A stretch of 63,840 nucleotides of DNA, counting the filler, from Pirum gemmata (taxonomy: Eukaryota): NCBI GenBank assembly GCA_002812295.1. It is 23 parts of 23 records of this genome, joined end to end, with 100 filler letters (N's around TTAATTAATTAA, not from the genome) between each part and the next. Parts side by side here need not be neighbours in the genome. Positions count along the whole stretch, not along the records: positions 50,359 to 52,842 come from PDIN01006153.1; positions 52,943 to 56,136 come from PDIN01006154.1; positions 56,237 to 58,703 come from PDIN01006155.1; positions 58,804 to 61,287 come from PDIN01006156.1; positions 61,388 to 63,840 come from PDIN01006157.1; 18 more parts are not named here. The stretch is one strand, 5' to 3'. How positions within the stretch are numbered: position 1 is the first letter of the stretch; each line of letters begins with the position of its first letter. A program made the position numbers and the translations under genes. Of this stretch, positions 50,684-63,840 are shown piece by piece. Below the pieces are notes generated by a model. That model ran no database searches and was not told the origin of the DNA. It saw nothing but the letters and a program-made list of their open reading frames with translations.

Positions 50684-52834
50684 ATCGATGATTTGTCAAA
50701 CAAAATATGCAATGTTGATTGTGTCGTTTCAGAATGGGCATCTTGGTCGGGTTGTAATGCCGTGTGTACTTCAGGAAATGAGCAAGCGATTGGTAAACAA
50801 AAACGTTCTCGTGAAGTTATCACTCCCAATCAAAATGGTGGGGTACCATGTCCATCAACCAATCAATCAGAAGAGTGTACAATACCTTGTCCTATTGACT
50901 GTGAGTTAAGTAGTTGGATCCAAGGTGAAGAGTGCAATGGTGATTGTAAAAACAGTAACTCTGCTGGAATAGCAACGGGGAACAAAACCTTCTACAGAGA
51001 TGTACTTGTGAAACCTATCAATGGAGGTGCAGAATGTGGTGTAACCAATAAAACCGAACCTTGTAGTATTGAATGTGATGTAGTGAACTGTGTAGTGGGT
51101 GATTGGTCAAACTGGTCTAAATGTGATGTTGTTGCTTGCGCCCCAGGAGACAAAGAGAGCACAGGAGAACACACACGTGAACGTGGAATTGATACTCCTA
51201 ATCAAAACGGCGGAGCTCCGTGTCCACCAACGCAAGAATCTAAAAATTGCACGCTTCCATGCCCCGTCGATTGCGAGTTAAGTGGTTGGATCCCCGATGA
51301 ACCTTGTAACGCAGATTGTGCAAATAGTAACCCTGAAGGTATAGGTATGGGAGAGAAAACTTTTTACAAACGAATTCTTGTCAATGCTTCAAACGGGGGG
51401 CAAGAATGCGGTAAAACCCAGTTAACTGAGCCTTGTCGTATCGAGTGCGATATTGATTGTGTTTATAATGAATGGGAAATAGTCGAGTCCTGCAATGCTG
51501 ATTGCAATGAAGCAAATGGTTCTGGAAATGCCACTGGAGTAGAAAAATACAATAGAACTGTCCTTATCAATGCTACCAACGACGGGTCATCATGCGATAA
51601 AAAAGAAATGGAAAATCCTTGCGTAATACAATGTCCAATTGACTGTGTGGTTAGTTCATGGACTGAATGGTCTGATTGTGATGGTGAATGCTCAGTTGAC
51701 ATTGTACAAAATGCCACTACAGGATATCATTATCGTATTCGCGAAGTGACCACACCTTCTAAAAATGGCGGTGAAGCTTGTCCAAAATTATCCGATCAAA
51801 AAGCCTGTACTATTCCATGTGTGGTGGATTGTGTTATGAGCAACTGGATTGTTTCGGAGCCTTGCCAAAGTAATTGCAGTAATGCGAATGAAAATGGCGA
51901 GGTAGAAGGGGAAATAACTTACACCCGAACTATATTAACTAACCCTGAAAATAATGGTACTTCATGTGGTCCTTTAGAAAAGAAAGAAGTATGTCAAGAG
52001 CAATGCCCAATCGATTGTGTTTTAAGTGCTTGGCAAGACGGAGGCTGTAATGCATTCTGTAATTTTGCCAATGAAAGCGGTATTGCAACTGGAGAGCAAA
52101 CTTATTACAGAGATGTACTGGTGAAACCATTAAACGGAGGGAAAGAATGTGAATTGCCTCTCACAAAACAAGAAACTTGCTTTATTGAGTGTCCAGTGGG
52201 ATGCATTGTTGGGGAATGGAATGATCAAGGATCGTGCAGTGCAATTTGCGATGGAACTAGCGCAGAAGCAACAGGGACACAGAACCAAGTAAGAGTTAAC
52301 ATCCCATCAAATAATGGTGCAGCCGACTGCCCTGAAAGTTCACAAAAAACTCCATGTAGTATACCCTGTGAAGTGTGCAAATATCCAGAAGTTGTCAATA
52401 ATTGCACTGCTAGTTGTGAAAACTTGACCACCATTACAACAGAAACACAGATTAATGGTACAATCACAACTTTTTACACTTACCCTGATGGTTCTATAAA
52501 TGGTCTAGACTACCCTGATTATTGTATATTACCACAAAATGTAACGAAACCTTGTAGCACAACATGCTCACCACCTCCATCTTCGGTACAAGGTGGTGAT
52601 AATAATGATAATACTAATGTGGCAGCTATTGCAGGTGGGTCCGCAGCTGCTGCAGTGGTGGTTGTAGCAGGAATTGTTCTTGCAGTGAAATTTTTACCGG
52701 CTGCCGTAGGTAGTGCTCCTGTAGCTACAGCCAATACTGCTAATGTTGCTGCTACTACAGAAAATCCATTATTTGCTGAAAGTGGACTTACTTTTGAAAA
52801 CCCAATGTTTGAACCACCTGCTACGAATTTGTAA
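50684..52834 (+). CDS. Type I membrane protein with nine spondin-type TSP1 repeats and a twin-NPxF tail (last exon)
   Basis: CAG acceptor at 50683; repeats (V/I)DC..S.W..W..C...C...R.R.V..P..NGG..CP...E..C...C; TM VAAIAGGSAAAAVVVVAGIVLAV; tail ENPLFAESGLTFENPMF. Confidence 0.9.
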   Translation: MDDLSNKICNVDCVVSEWASWSGCNAVCTSGNEQAIGKQKRSREVITPNQNGGVPCPSTNQSEECTIPCPIDCELSSWIQGEECNGDCKNSNSAGIATGNKTFYRDVLVKPINGGAECGVTNKTEPCSIECDVVNCVVGDWSNWSKCDVVACAPGDKESTGEHTRERGIDTPNQNGGAPCPPTQESKNCTLPCPVDCELSGWIPDEPCNADCANSNPEGIGMGEKTFYKRILVNASNGGQECGKTQLTEPCRIECDIDCVYNEWEIVESCNADCNEANGSGNATGVEKYNRTVLINATNDGSSCDKKEMENPCVIQCPIDCVVSSWTEWSDCDGECSVDIVQNATTGYHYRIREVTTPSKNGGEACPKLSDQKACTIPCVVDCVMSNWIVSEPCQSNCSNANENGEVEGEITYTRTILTNPENNGTSCGPLEKKEVCQEQCPIDCVLSAWQDGGCNAFCNFANESGIATGEQTYYRDVLVKPLNGGKECELPLTKQETCFIECPVGCIVGEWNDQGSCSAICDGTSAEATGTQNQVRVNIPSNNGAADCPESSQKTPCSIPCEVCKYPEVVNNCTASCENLTTITTETQINGTITTFYTYPDGSINGLDYPDYCILPQNVTKPCSTTCSPPPSSVQGGDNNDNTNVAAIAGGSAAAAVVVVAGIVLAVKFLPAAVGSAPVATANTANVAATTENPLFAESGLTFENPMFEPPATNL

Positions 52835-53155
52835 AAACAAAANNNNNNNNNNNNNNNNNNNNNNNNNNNNNNNNNNNNNNNNNNNNTTAATTAATTAANN
52901 NNNNNNNNNNNNNNNNNNNNNNNNNNNNNNNNNNNNNNNNNNAAAAAAAAAAGCAAAACAGAAAAACAGAAAAAAAATTCTTTGATTGTATTATTAGGAA
53001 TCCTCTTTTTTATTCATTATTTATAATAATTACAAGCTAATTCTATTAATGTTCGTAATTCGGCTGCTACTTATGATTCAAGGTTTGATGATTTTGATTT
53101 TATACTTATAAAGATATATAGAAAGATGAATCTTTATTTTGCTTTGTTAAAAGAC

Positions 53156-53620
53156 TTAGTAGCTAAAATCGTCACCCTCTGTAAAATACGGTGGGTCAAA
53201 ATATAAAATGGTCTTATTTTTGTTCTTACATTTGGATAATACATTTTTGTAATCTGGGTTATTAAACTCGCCAATTTCTAGGCAACTTTTCTTTTTATTT
53301 AATAAATCAATATTTCTATAATAATATTTATATCTATTAAGTTTCTTACTTATTAAAAAGGTACAATATCTTTGAGTTTTTCATTTGTTAATAATTAAAA
53401 ATAATATGGGGAAAGAGTACTTTAATATTTCTTGTACATTTTTAGGTAATTTTTTCAATTCTCTTTCCCTATAGGCTTTTGCTTTGTCAATGTCAAGGAA
53501 AGAAACATCAAGGAACTCTTGTATTATACGTTCATATTTTCCAAGGGTTACATCACTCGTACTAGATAATAGTTTTAATTAAGTATTTGATTAACTTTAT
53601 GTTTTAATGTCGTTATAATA
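53156..53620 (-). pseudogene. Decayed Dam/D12-class N6-adenine DNA methyltransferase fragment
   Basis: Manual translation EFNNPDYKNVLSKCKNKNKTILYFDPPYF (DPPY at 53197-53186) in a frame open from ~53570 except one TGA at ~53381. An upstream YYNDI resembles the Dam ND motif. Confidence 0.65.
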
Positions 53621-55510
53621 TTATACTAATTTATTATTATTATTATTATTATTATTNNNNNNNNNNNNNNNNNNNNNNNNNNNTATTATTATTATTATTA
53701 CTCCATTTTTTAAAAAAAAAAAAATCGATCTGAAAAATCGATAAAAATCACAGAGTGTGAAGTGTGAACCTCCAAACATTGCTGAGAATTTGGGACTTGT
53801 CTGACTGTTTACAAGGCTCTGAGTGGCTTGTTTTTGCAGACTCTCAGACTCAGAGACTTATCTGAGACAATCTCATAGTTTTGATAGGTCTATTCTATAC
53901 CTACTCTATATATGGTGATATATGTACTTTATTTCTGAGCCTATCTCTGTTGAGTGTTGACCACTAGCTAGCTAGACCTACGCTTCTCCCAATTCTGCTC
54001 TGTTTAAAAATCGAGATTTCGAGTCTATGTATTAATTAATAAGTTCGAAATGTTCAAACTTACAATTAAAAAGTATTCAAATATATTTATTTATTGATAA
54101 ACTCGAAAAATACGAAAAAAAAATATTTTTCGAACGAAGCTGAATTTTGGCTTTTTTTTGACAGCAGAAATTTGAGTTTTCGGCCTACTTAGGCTAGCTA
54201 GCTAGCTAGAGTCTAGCTAGAGAGTAGGGGTGAGATATCTCTGGAACTTTTTCCGAACAGATGCTTATCGAGCCAACCTTGGTTCCGTAGTATGTAGCAC
54301 AGCTAGCTAGCTAGGCTAGTACAGCTGCTAGCTAGTACTCTACTGCCAGTGACTCCCAATCGAATCTTGACCCCATCGTCTAGCTAGCTAGAGCTATCAT
54401 AGCGGTGTGAAGTATTTCCTTTTTTGGTTGCCAAAAAATATTGAAATTTGAAAATGACACTTTTATTACTTTTTTGGCTGATTAAAATTGTCCAGTTTTT
54501 TATATATAATTTTTATATTCTCCTTACTAGTGTACATTTGATTTTCCTAATTATGATATAGAATTACTACAGATCAGTACAGGCCTCTATTAATATTAAT
54601 CTCTATTACTAATACAATTTTTAATAATATTACTATTATTATTACTATTACCAGTACTATTATTAATTTATTAAAATAGTACTAATAATATTACTATGTT
54701 AGTATATAATTATTATTATTACATTTACCTTTATAATTAATATTACCATTACCATTATAATTACTACTATAATTATACTATAATTATATTACTAGTACTA
54801 TTATTACTATAATTACTATACCTATTTCTGTTACCTATTACTATTACTCTTACTCTTACTATTGCTGTTATTATTACTATAACAGTTACTGTTACTACTA
54901 CTATTACTAGTACTAGTAAAGTACTATTATTGCTGTTACTATTAATATTACTATTACTATTTATACAATTATATTACCTTTAATTGCTTTAGTATGTATT
55001 AATAATGTATTATTATAATGATCATAATATATGTATTATTTCTATGGTTACACTACTGTTAATTAAGTGCTGTATTATCATTAGTTTTTTTTAATAATAT
55101 ATTATAGCAATGAATCATAATAAAAACATCAATGTTACGTCTCTTGATATAGCATTGGACTTCGGTGATTGTAAAGCATCAGTATATGTACCAGTTGCAG
55201 CAGCTTTTTTGATCGCTAAATACTATCCACAAGATTATTAAAAACCATTTGATCACCAGGTAAGTACTTGGAAATATTAGCAATAAAATTATAAAATAAT
55301 AATTAATTTTTTAAAAATGTTTTTATCTAACCAGGATTAATTTATAAGTTTAGCAATTAAAAAAAATAACTGATATTATCAATACGTTTTATTTTAAGAA
55401 AATTGATATGTATACCTTACACATAATAATTCTTTTTTTGGTTTAATATAAAAATAATGTATAACCAAGATAATAATAACAACAAAATAAACTTGTTATT
55501 TGCTGTGTGA

Positions 55511-55547
<37 letters not shown>

Positions 55548-56286
55548 AAAAAATGTAGGTTTAAAAAAAAAAAAAAAAAAAAAAAGATCAATTTATTTAT
55601 AATAATAACTTATCAACTCACGGAATTTTTCGAACGTTCGTTAATCATGGGACTTACATAGGTCTACGTCTAGTAGTGGGGTCCTACGTAGGTTTCGTGC
55701 ATTGATGACTTGGCTTCATTAATTTGATAAATTTAATAAATAATTTGGTAGGTTATTTAAATATTAATTTCTTAAAGTTTTCTCAATTAATACATAGTAG
55801 TACATAGTATTTTTTTATTTCCAAGTTTTTTTCTTCTTATTTTGGTATTATAGCTTATAAATTTTGAAAATTTATAACATAATAAATGAATGATCTCTTT
55901 ACCATTATCAATAATTTGTCCTATGAACAGTTTTACAATTGAATGTGTTAGTTTTGGCCCATAGCGTTGTACTGTGTTTTTGTCAGTTATGATATTATTA
56001 TATAATATATTATATAACTGGTATTATATTATTGGGCTCAGCCTCAGAAGCCTTAGAAGTGGTCACAAAGTTAAAAATAATTTATTTTTATTATTTTATT
56101 TAGTAGTTTGTTTGTTTGTTTGTTTGTTTGTTTGTTNNNNNNNNNNNNNNNNNNNNNNNNNNNNNNNNNNNNNNNNNNNNTTAATTAATTAANNNNNNNN
56201 NNNNNNNNNNNNNNNNNNNNNNNNNNNNNNNNNNNNTTATTATTATTATTATTATTAGGGTTATAGTCGTTGGGAAGTGAACTTAC

Positions 56287-58666
<2,380 letters not shown>

Positions 58667-58830
58667 CTACAATATCAAAATAAACCAGTGAAAAATTATT
58701 CAANNNNNNNNNNNNNNNNNNNNNNNNNNNNNNNNNNNNNNNNNNNNTTAATTAATTAANNNNNNNNNNNNNNNNNNNNNNNNNNNNNNNNNNNNNNNNN
58801 NNNCACAACAACCACAACCACAACAACAAC

Positions 58831-58863
<33 letters not shown>

Positions 58864-59170
58864 GTGTGAACACACACACACACACACACACACACCACCG
58901 TTTGAAAAAAAGGTAGAGTAATATTGTGGTTTATTTTGTATTATTGCTTTTTAAATAATGAGATTCAAAATTCTAAATTCAAGTTCTAAATCAAATTCTA
59001 AATTCAAATTCAAATTCATGTTTGTGTTAGTTATATAGCGTTATAGATAAGTTATAGATAAGTTCGTTTTTTGGGTTTTTTTTGTGGGTTTTTTTTGGTT
59101 TTTCTCTATCACAGAGTCTACTCTAGCTAGCTAGCTAGCTAGCTAGCTAGCGGTATGACAAACTTCTTTA

Positions 59171-59223
<53 letters not shown>

Positions 59224-60953
59224 TCGCTTCCAAATTCGCACTAATCTATAACTCGGTTTGTGATTATTTGAATGGTTTTTTAATTGTAAATAAGTATTTT
59301 TTATAAAATTTAAAGATTCGAAAAATTTATGAAAACTTCTCCGCATTTTGTTTTTTCGGCTTTCCTGTTTCCCTCCATTTTTTTTTCGTGGTATTGATTG
59401 GTTGTTTTTAAATTGCGGCAACAACGGTTAGACTAGCTAGTCTACTTATCGTTTATTTCTTACAGTTGTTCCTCTCAATCTTTAATTTGGCACTGTTTAA
59501 GTGTATAATTGAGCTTGTTTATAAAATACAATATCAATTATAAAGTACCAAAATAATTAAAACATGCCCGATAGTTTAACCATAATAATTATTTGGTATG
59601 TTTATTTAAGTTTTTGATCTGGACAACACAAAAACACGATAGAGGTCCACTTCTTGTGAGAAAAGCGCCAAGGATAGAAAAGCTAGCACTTTGATTTTTT
59701 ATTTATCAATTAAAATTGAATAGCTTCTTTTTGTTGTGCCTGTGGTCACAGTGTGTTTGGTGGTGGTGGTGGTAGTATTGTTATTGAGGTGGTGTTGGTA
59801 TTGCTGTTGTGGTGGTGGTGGTGATGGTGTTGCTGTTATTATTGTGGTGGTGGTTGTGTTGTTGTTGTTGTTATTGTTATTGTAGTGGTGGCTGTGTTGT
59901 TGTTGTTGTTGTTGTTGTTATTGCAGTGGTGGTAGTGGTTCATTATTATTATTGTTGTTGTTGTTGTTGTTGTTGTTACACACTTTAATAACCCCCAACC
60001 CCAACACTCAACCCTCCACCCCAACACTTAACCACCAGCCTCAACACTCATCAACCCACCCACCCCCACCCCCAACCCTAACGCTAACCCATTTCCCATT
60101 TCTAGAATTTCTAGAATTTTGGGGATTTTGGGAATTTTAATGAATCTTCTGATTCCAATAGTAACGATAGTGAGTCGGGATTTTAAATTTATTTTTAAAG
60201 TAAGGACAACAAGGAAGTAGTAGACAATACTTAATTATTAAATTATTTTAAACACCATTATTTGATTGAAAGTATTAATAAGTGTTGGGGTTGGGGGTTG
60301 AATGTTGGAGTCGAGTGCTAACCAATACATCTACTAACCCTAACCTTATTATTGTTGTTGTTAATGATATTGTTGTTGTTAATGATATTGTTGTTGTTAA
60401 TGATATTGTTGTTATCAATATTGCTGGTGTTGTTGATATTATTATTGTTATTGTTGTTGTTGTTGTTATTGTTATTGTTATTGTTATTGTTATAGTTATT
60501 GGTTAGGTTATTGTTATTGTTACAGTCACAGTTATTATAATAGTCAGTTATTGTTACAGTTACAGGTTATTGTTATAGTTATGGGTTATTGTTATTGTTA
60601 TTGTTACAGTTATTATAATAGTTCTTGTTACAGTTACAGTTATTGTTGTAGTTATTGTTATAGTTATAATATCGTTATAGTTAGTTATTATTATAGTTGT
60701 AATTATTATTGTTGTTGTTGCTGTTATTGTTATTATAGTTATCGTTATTATTATTATTATAGTTATAGTTATAGTTATAGTTATAGTTATAGTTGTTATT
60801 ATCATTATCGTTATCATTAACATTATCATTATAGTTACAGTTATAGTTACATTTATAGTTATTATTGTCATTATCGTTATCATTATCATTATATCGATAG
60901 TTATAGTTATAGTTAAAGTTACAGTTATTATTATCATTATCACTATCATTATC

Positions 60954-60995
<42 letters not shown>

Positions 60996-61394
60996 CTTAT
61001 TATTCTTATTATTATTATCATAGTATTAGTATTAGTATTAGGAATAGTATTAGTACTAGTATTGGTATTAGTATTGGTATTAGTATTAGTATTAATATTA
61101 GTATTAGTATTAATATTAATATTAGTATTAGTATTACTATTAGTATTAGTATTACTATTAGTATTAGTGTTAGATTAGTATTAGTATTAGCTATAGTTAT
61201 AGTTATAGTTATAGTTATAGTTATAGTTATAATTATAATTATAGTTATAGTTATAGTTATAGTTATAATTATAGTTATAGTTTAAGTNNNNNNNNNNNNN
61301 NNNNNNNNNNNNNNNNNNNNNNNNNNNNNNNTTAATTAATTAANNNNNNNNNNNNNNNNNNNNNNNNNNNNNNNNNNNNNNNNNNNNTCGACAC

Positions 61395-61441
<47 letters not shown>

Positions 61442-61511
61442 TTTAGTAGTAGTAGTAGTAGTAGTAATAGTAATAGTAATAGTAGTAGTGGTAATAGTAG
61501 CAGCAGTAGTA

Positions 61512-61556
<45 letters not shown>

Positions 61557-61580
61557 TTAATAGTATTAACATATAGTGGC

Positions 61581-61612
<32 letters not shown>

Positions 61613-63040
61613 CTCTGTAGTAGTATTATGTATCAGGTATAGTTTATAATAATGTCGACGGCTTATGTTTGTGTTTGTGTGTGTCTTGGTTATTCTCGCG
61701 CTGATGACAGCTGGGCTCAGCGGACTATGTCAAGCCAGTTGTCAAGCCACTGCATGATTCTGCATCAACAGATTCAGCACCATTTCTTTATTATAAACAC
61801 GTGACGTAAACTATCAAATCTAAATTTTTTTTTTTATCAGATGCTCTCTAAATAAGGTGAAACCACCAACTCGTTTATCTATTTCTTGTACCTGTCTATA
61901 TTCTAACCTTTATTATATATTAATGATAATAAACTGGGTAAAATAATTTATTAATATTAATAACTAATATTTTTTATTAAAAAAAACTAACCATTTGGTG
62001 TATGGTGACTGACTGACCTGACTTTTAGATTTGGAAATGTTGGGGATGTGAGAAGGATCTATTTATAAATAATAATTCCAAACATTTCTACCTATCATTA
62101 TCCTATCATAGTTTTTTTTCCAAGTTTTTTTCAATATTATTTCGACTTACTATCGATCAACGTCTCGAGGCAGTTACGTAAATTATTCTAGACTCCTTCC
62201 TAACTTTGGGTCTAAAGAGGCCAGTTTCTTCTTTTCCGCTAAAATTAGAAATTTTATGTTTATCGATATTCAATCGAGTCTTAATCGATTTATTAAAAAA
62301 AAAACCGAACCTCAAAAAATTTCTAGTGAAGAAGTAAAAATGAGTAAAAAAAGCTAAAAACCTCAAACAAAAAAAAAAAAAACTAAGAACAGCAGTAACA
62401 CATAGATAGTAATACCTCATAACCAGCTCAAAAACACCTAATAGCTCTAGCTAGATCATAACAGCTGATAATAATAATAATTATCATAAATATCAATTTA
62501 TGTATATTTTATGTATCTTGTTTAGTGGATCATAAATTATTATTATTATTATTATTATTTTTAATTATCGATATTTATTATTATTTTATCATTATTATTA
62601 TATCATTATTATATTATTTATCATTATTATTTATCATTATTATTATTTATTATTATTATTATTTATCATTATTATTATTTATCGTTATTATTATTTATCA
62701 TTATTATTATGTATCATTATTATTTATCATTTTTATTTATCATTTTTATTTATCATTATTATTTATCATTATTATTATTATTTATCATTATTATTTATCA
62801 TTATTATTTATCATTATTATTTATAATTATCATTTATCATTTATATATCATTATTATTTATCATTGTTATCATTATTATCATTATCATTATCATTATCAT
62901 CATCATTATTATTATAGTAATTTATTATTATCTTTATTCATTTTTCATTATTATTAATACATAGCATTTTCCTGGATTGTACGTAGTTAGTTACACTATA
63001 GTTTAGTTTCAGAACCGGTAAAAATAAAAACTATAAAAAG

Positions 63041-63600
63041 ATGGCTCGTGGACATACTAATGTCGTGCCTGTGAGGCTAGTGTTATATGCTAGTATATTA
63101 TTTTTTGGTGGATATTTGTTTTATTTAACTTTTGCATCAACCTCCAATACCAACAAAGTTATTATTTCCGAAAACATTAAAATTAGTGAATCACAATCGA
63201 AAGATACAAATTCTGACTTATCTCTCACAAATTCTGACTTATCTCTCTCTGTCCCTATATCACCACAAGTTGTTGATTTCAATGATGAAAATGATGATTA
63301 TGTGAAATCGTCCGATGTTGTGGAAGATCTAGAAGATGAAATAAAAAGGCTAAATAAAAAACTTGAAGAATCTCAGGAAAGCAGTGAAGAATTAGAACAA
63401 CAGGTCGCGGAAAGTGAAATTAAAAAAAAAAAAATGGAAGAAGAAGAAATACTTAAACAACAAAAAGAAGCTGAAGATTTTGTTGAAACGGGGGAAACAG
63501 ATTATTATGAAGATCGAGGTGATGTTTTTTCGAAACTAGAGTACAAAAAGATCAACGCTTGGGACAAGTCGAAATGGACTTTTAAGCAAACTAAAGAAGG
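63041..63600 (+). CDS. First exon of a type II membrane protein with an acidic/coiled-coil stem (absent from the ORF track)
   Basis: MARGHTNVVPVRLVLYASILFFGGYLFYLTFA...VEDLEDEIKRLNKKLEESQESSEELEQQV...INAWDKSKWTFKQTKE. Probable GT donor at 63601; the frame appears to have no stop before the window end. Confidence 0.7.
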
Positions 63601-63840
63601 GTATACCCACCACTTTCATATTTATTTATGGCTTGGACCTGTTTCTTATTCTATTATTTTCATTCTCGTTTTCATTATTATCATTATTATCATTATCATT
63701 ATCATTACCAATATCATTATCATTATCATTACCATTATCATTATCATAATCATTATCATTATCATTATCATTATCATTACCATTACCATTACCATTATCA
63801 TTATCAATCATTATCATTATCATTATCATTATCATTATCA

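Noticed and set aside
53156..53400. Stop-codon reassignment as an explanation for in-frame stops in relic ORFs
   Set aside because: Conserved genes here (thiolase, dioxygenase, ENT) end at TAA and the long exons contain no internal stops, so decay is the simpler explanation.

Overview
This is not one locus. It is about 23 short contigs (mostly 2.2-3.4 kb) from an AT-rich, microsatellite-rich, intron-containing eukaryote, joined by an artificial 100-nt linker (N44-TTAATTAATTAA-N44), so genes on opposite sides of a linker are not neighbours. TTAGGG repeats, TSP1 modules and a HORMA+PHD Hop1 fit a unicellular opisthokont, possibly a holozoan (inference only). Recognisable gene pieces are a 2OG-Fe(II) dioxygenase, 3-ketoacyl-CoA thiolase, equilibrative nucleoside transporter, DOHH, MEMO1, an ankyrin protein, meiotic Hop1/HORMAD with a PHD finger and an EsV-1-7 repeat protein. 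There is also a TSP1-repeat receptor whose tail has two NPxF motifs spaced as in beta-integrins, two secreted/surface proteins and a type II membrane protein missed by the ORF track. Mobile DNA includes a decayed THAP/Harbinger-type (DDE_Tnp_4) transposase split by a clean 227-bp TIR element, a Copia RT-RNase H fragment between 88/87-bp direct repeats, a decayed Dam-like DNA adenine methyltransferase and several dispersed MITE-like families. Other repeats are TGACGTCA motifs near element ends, CTAG clusters at element flanks and interstitial telomere-like arrays of three motifs. All calls are by-eye motif recognition and manual translation; no database search was run.
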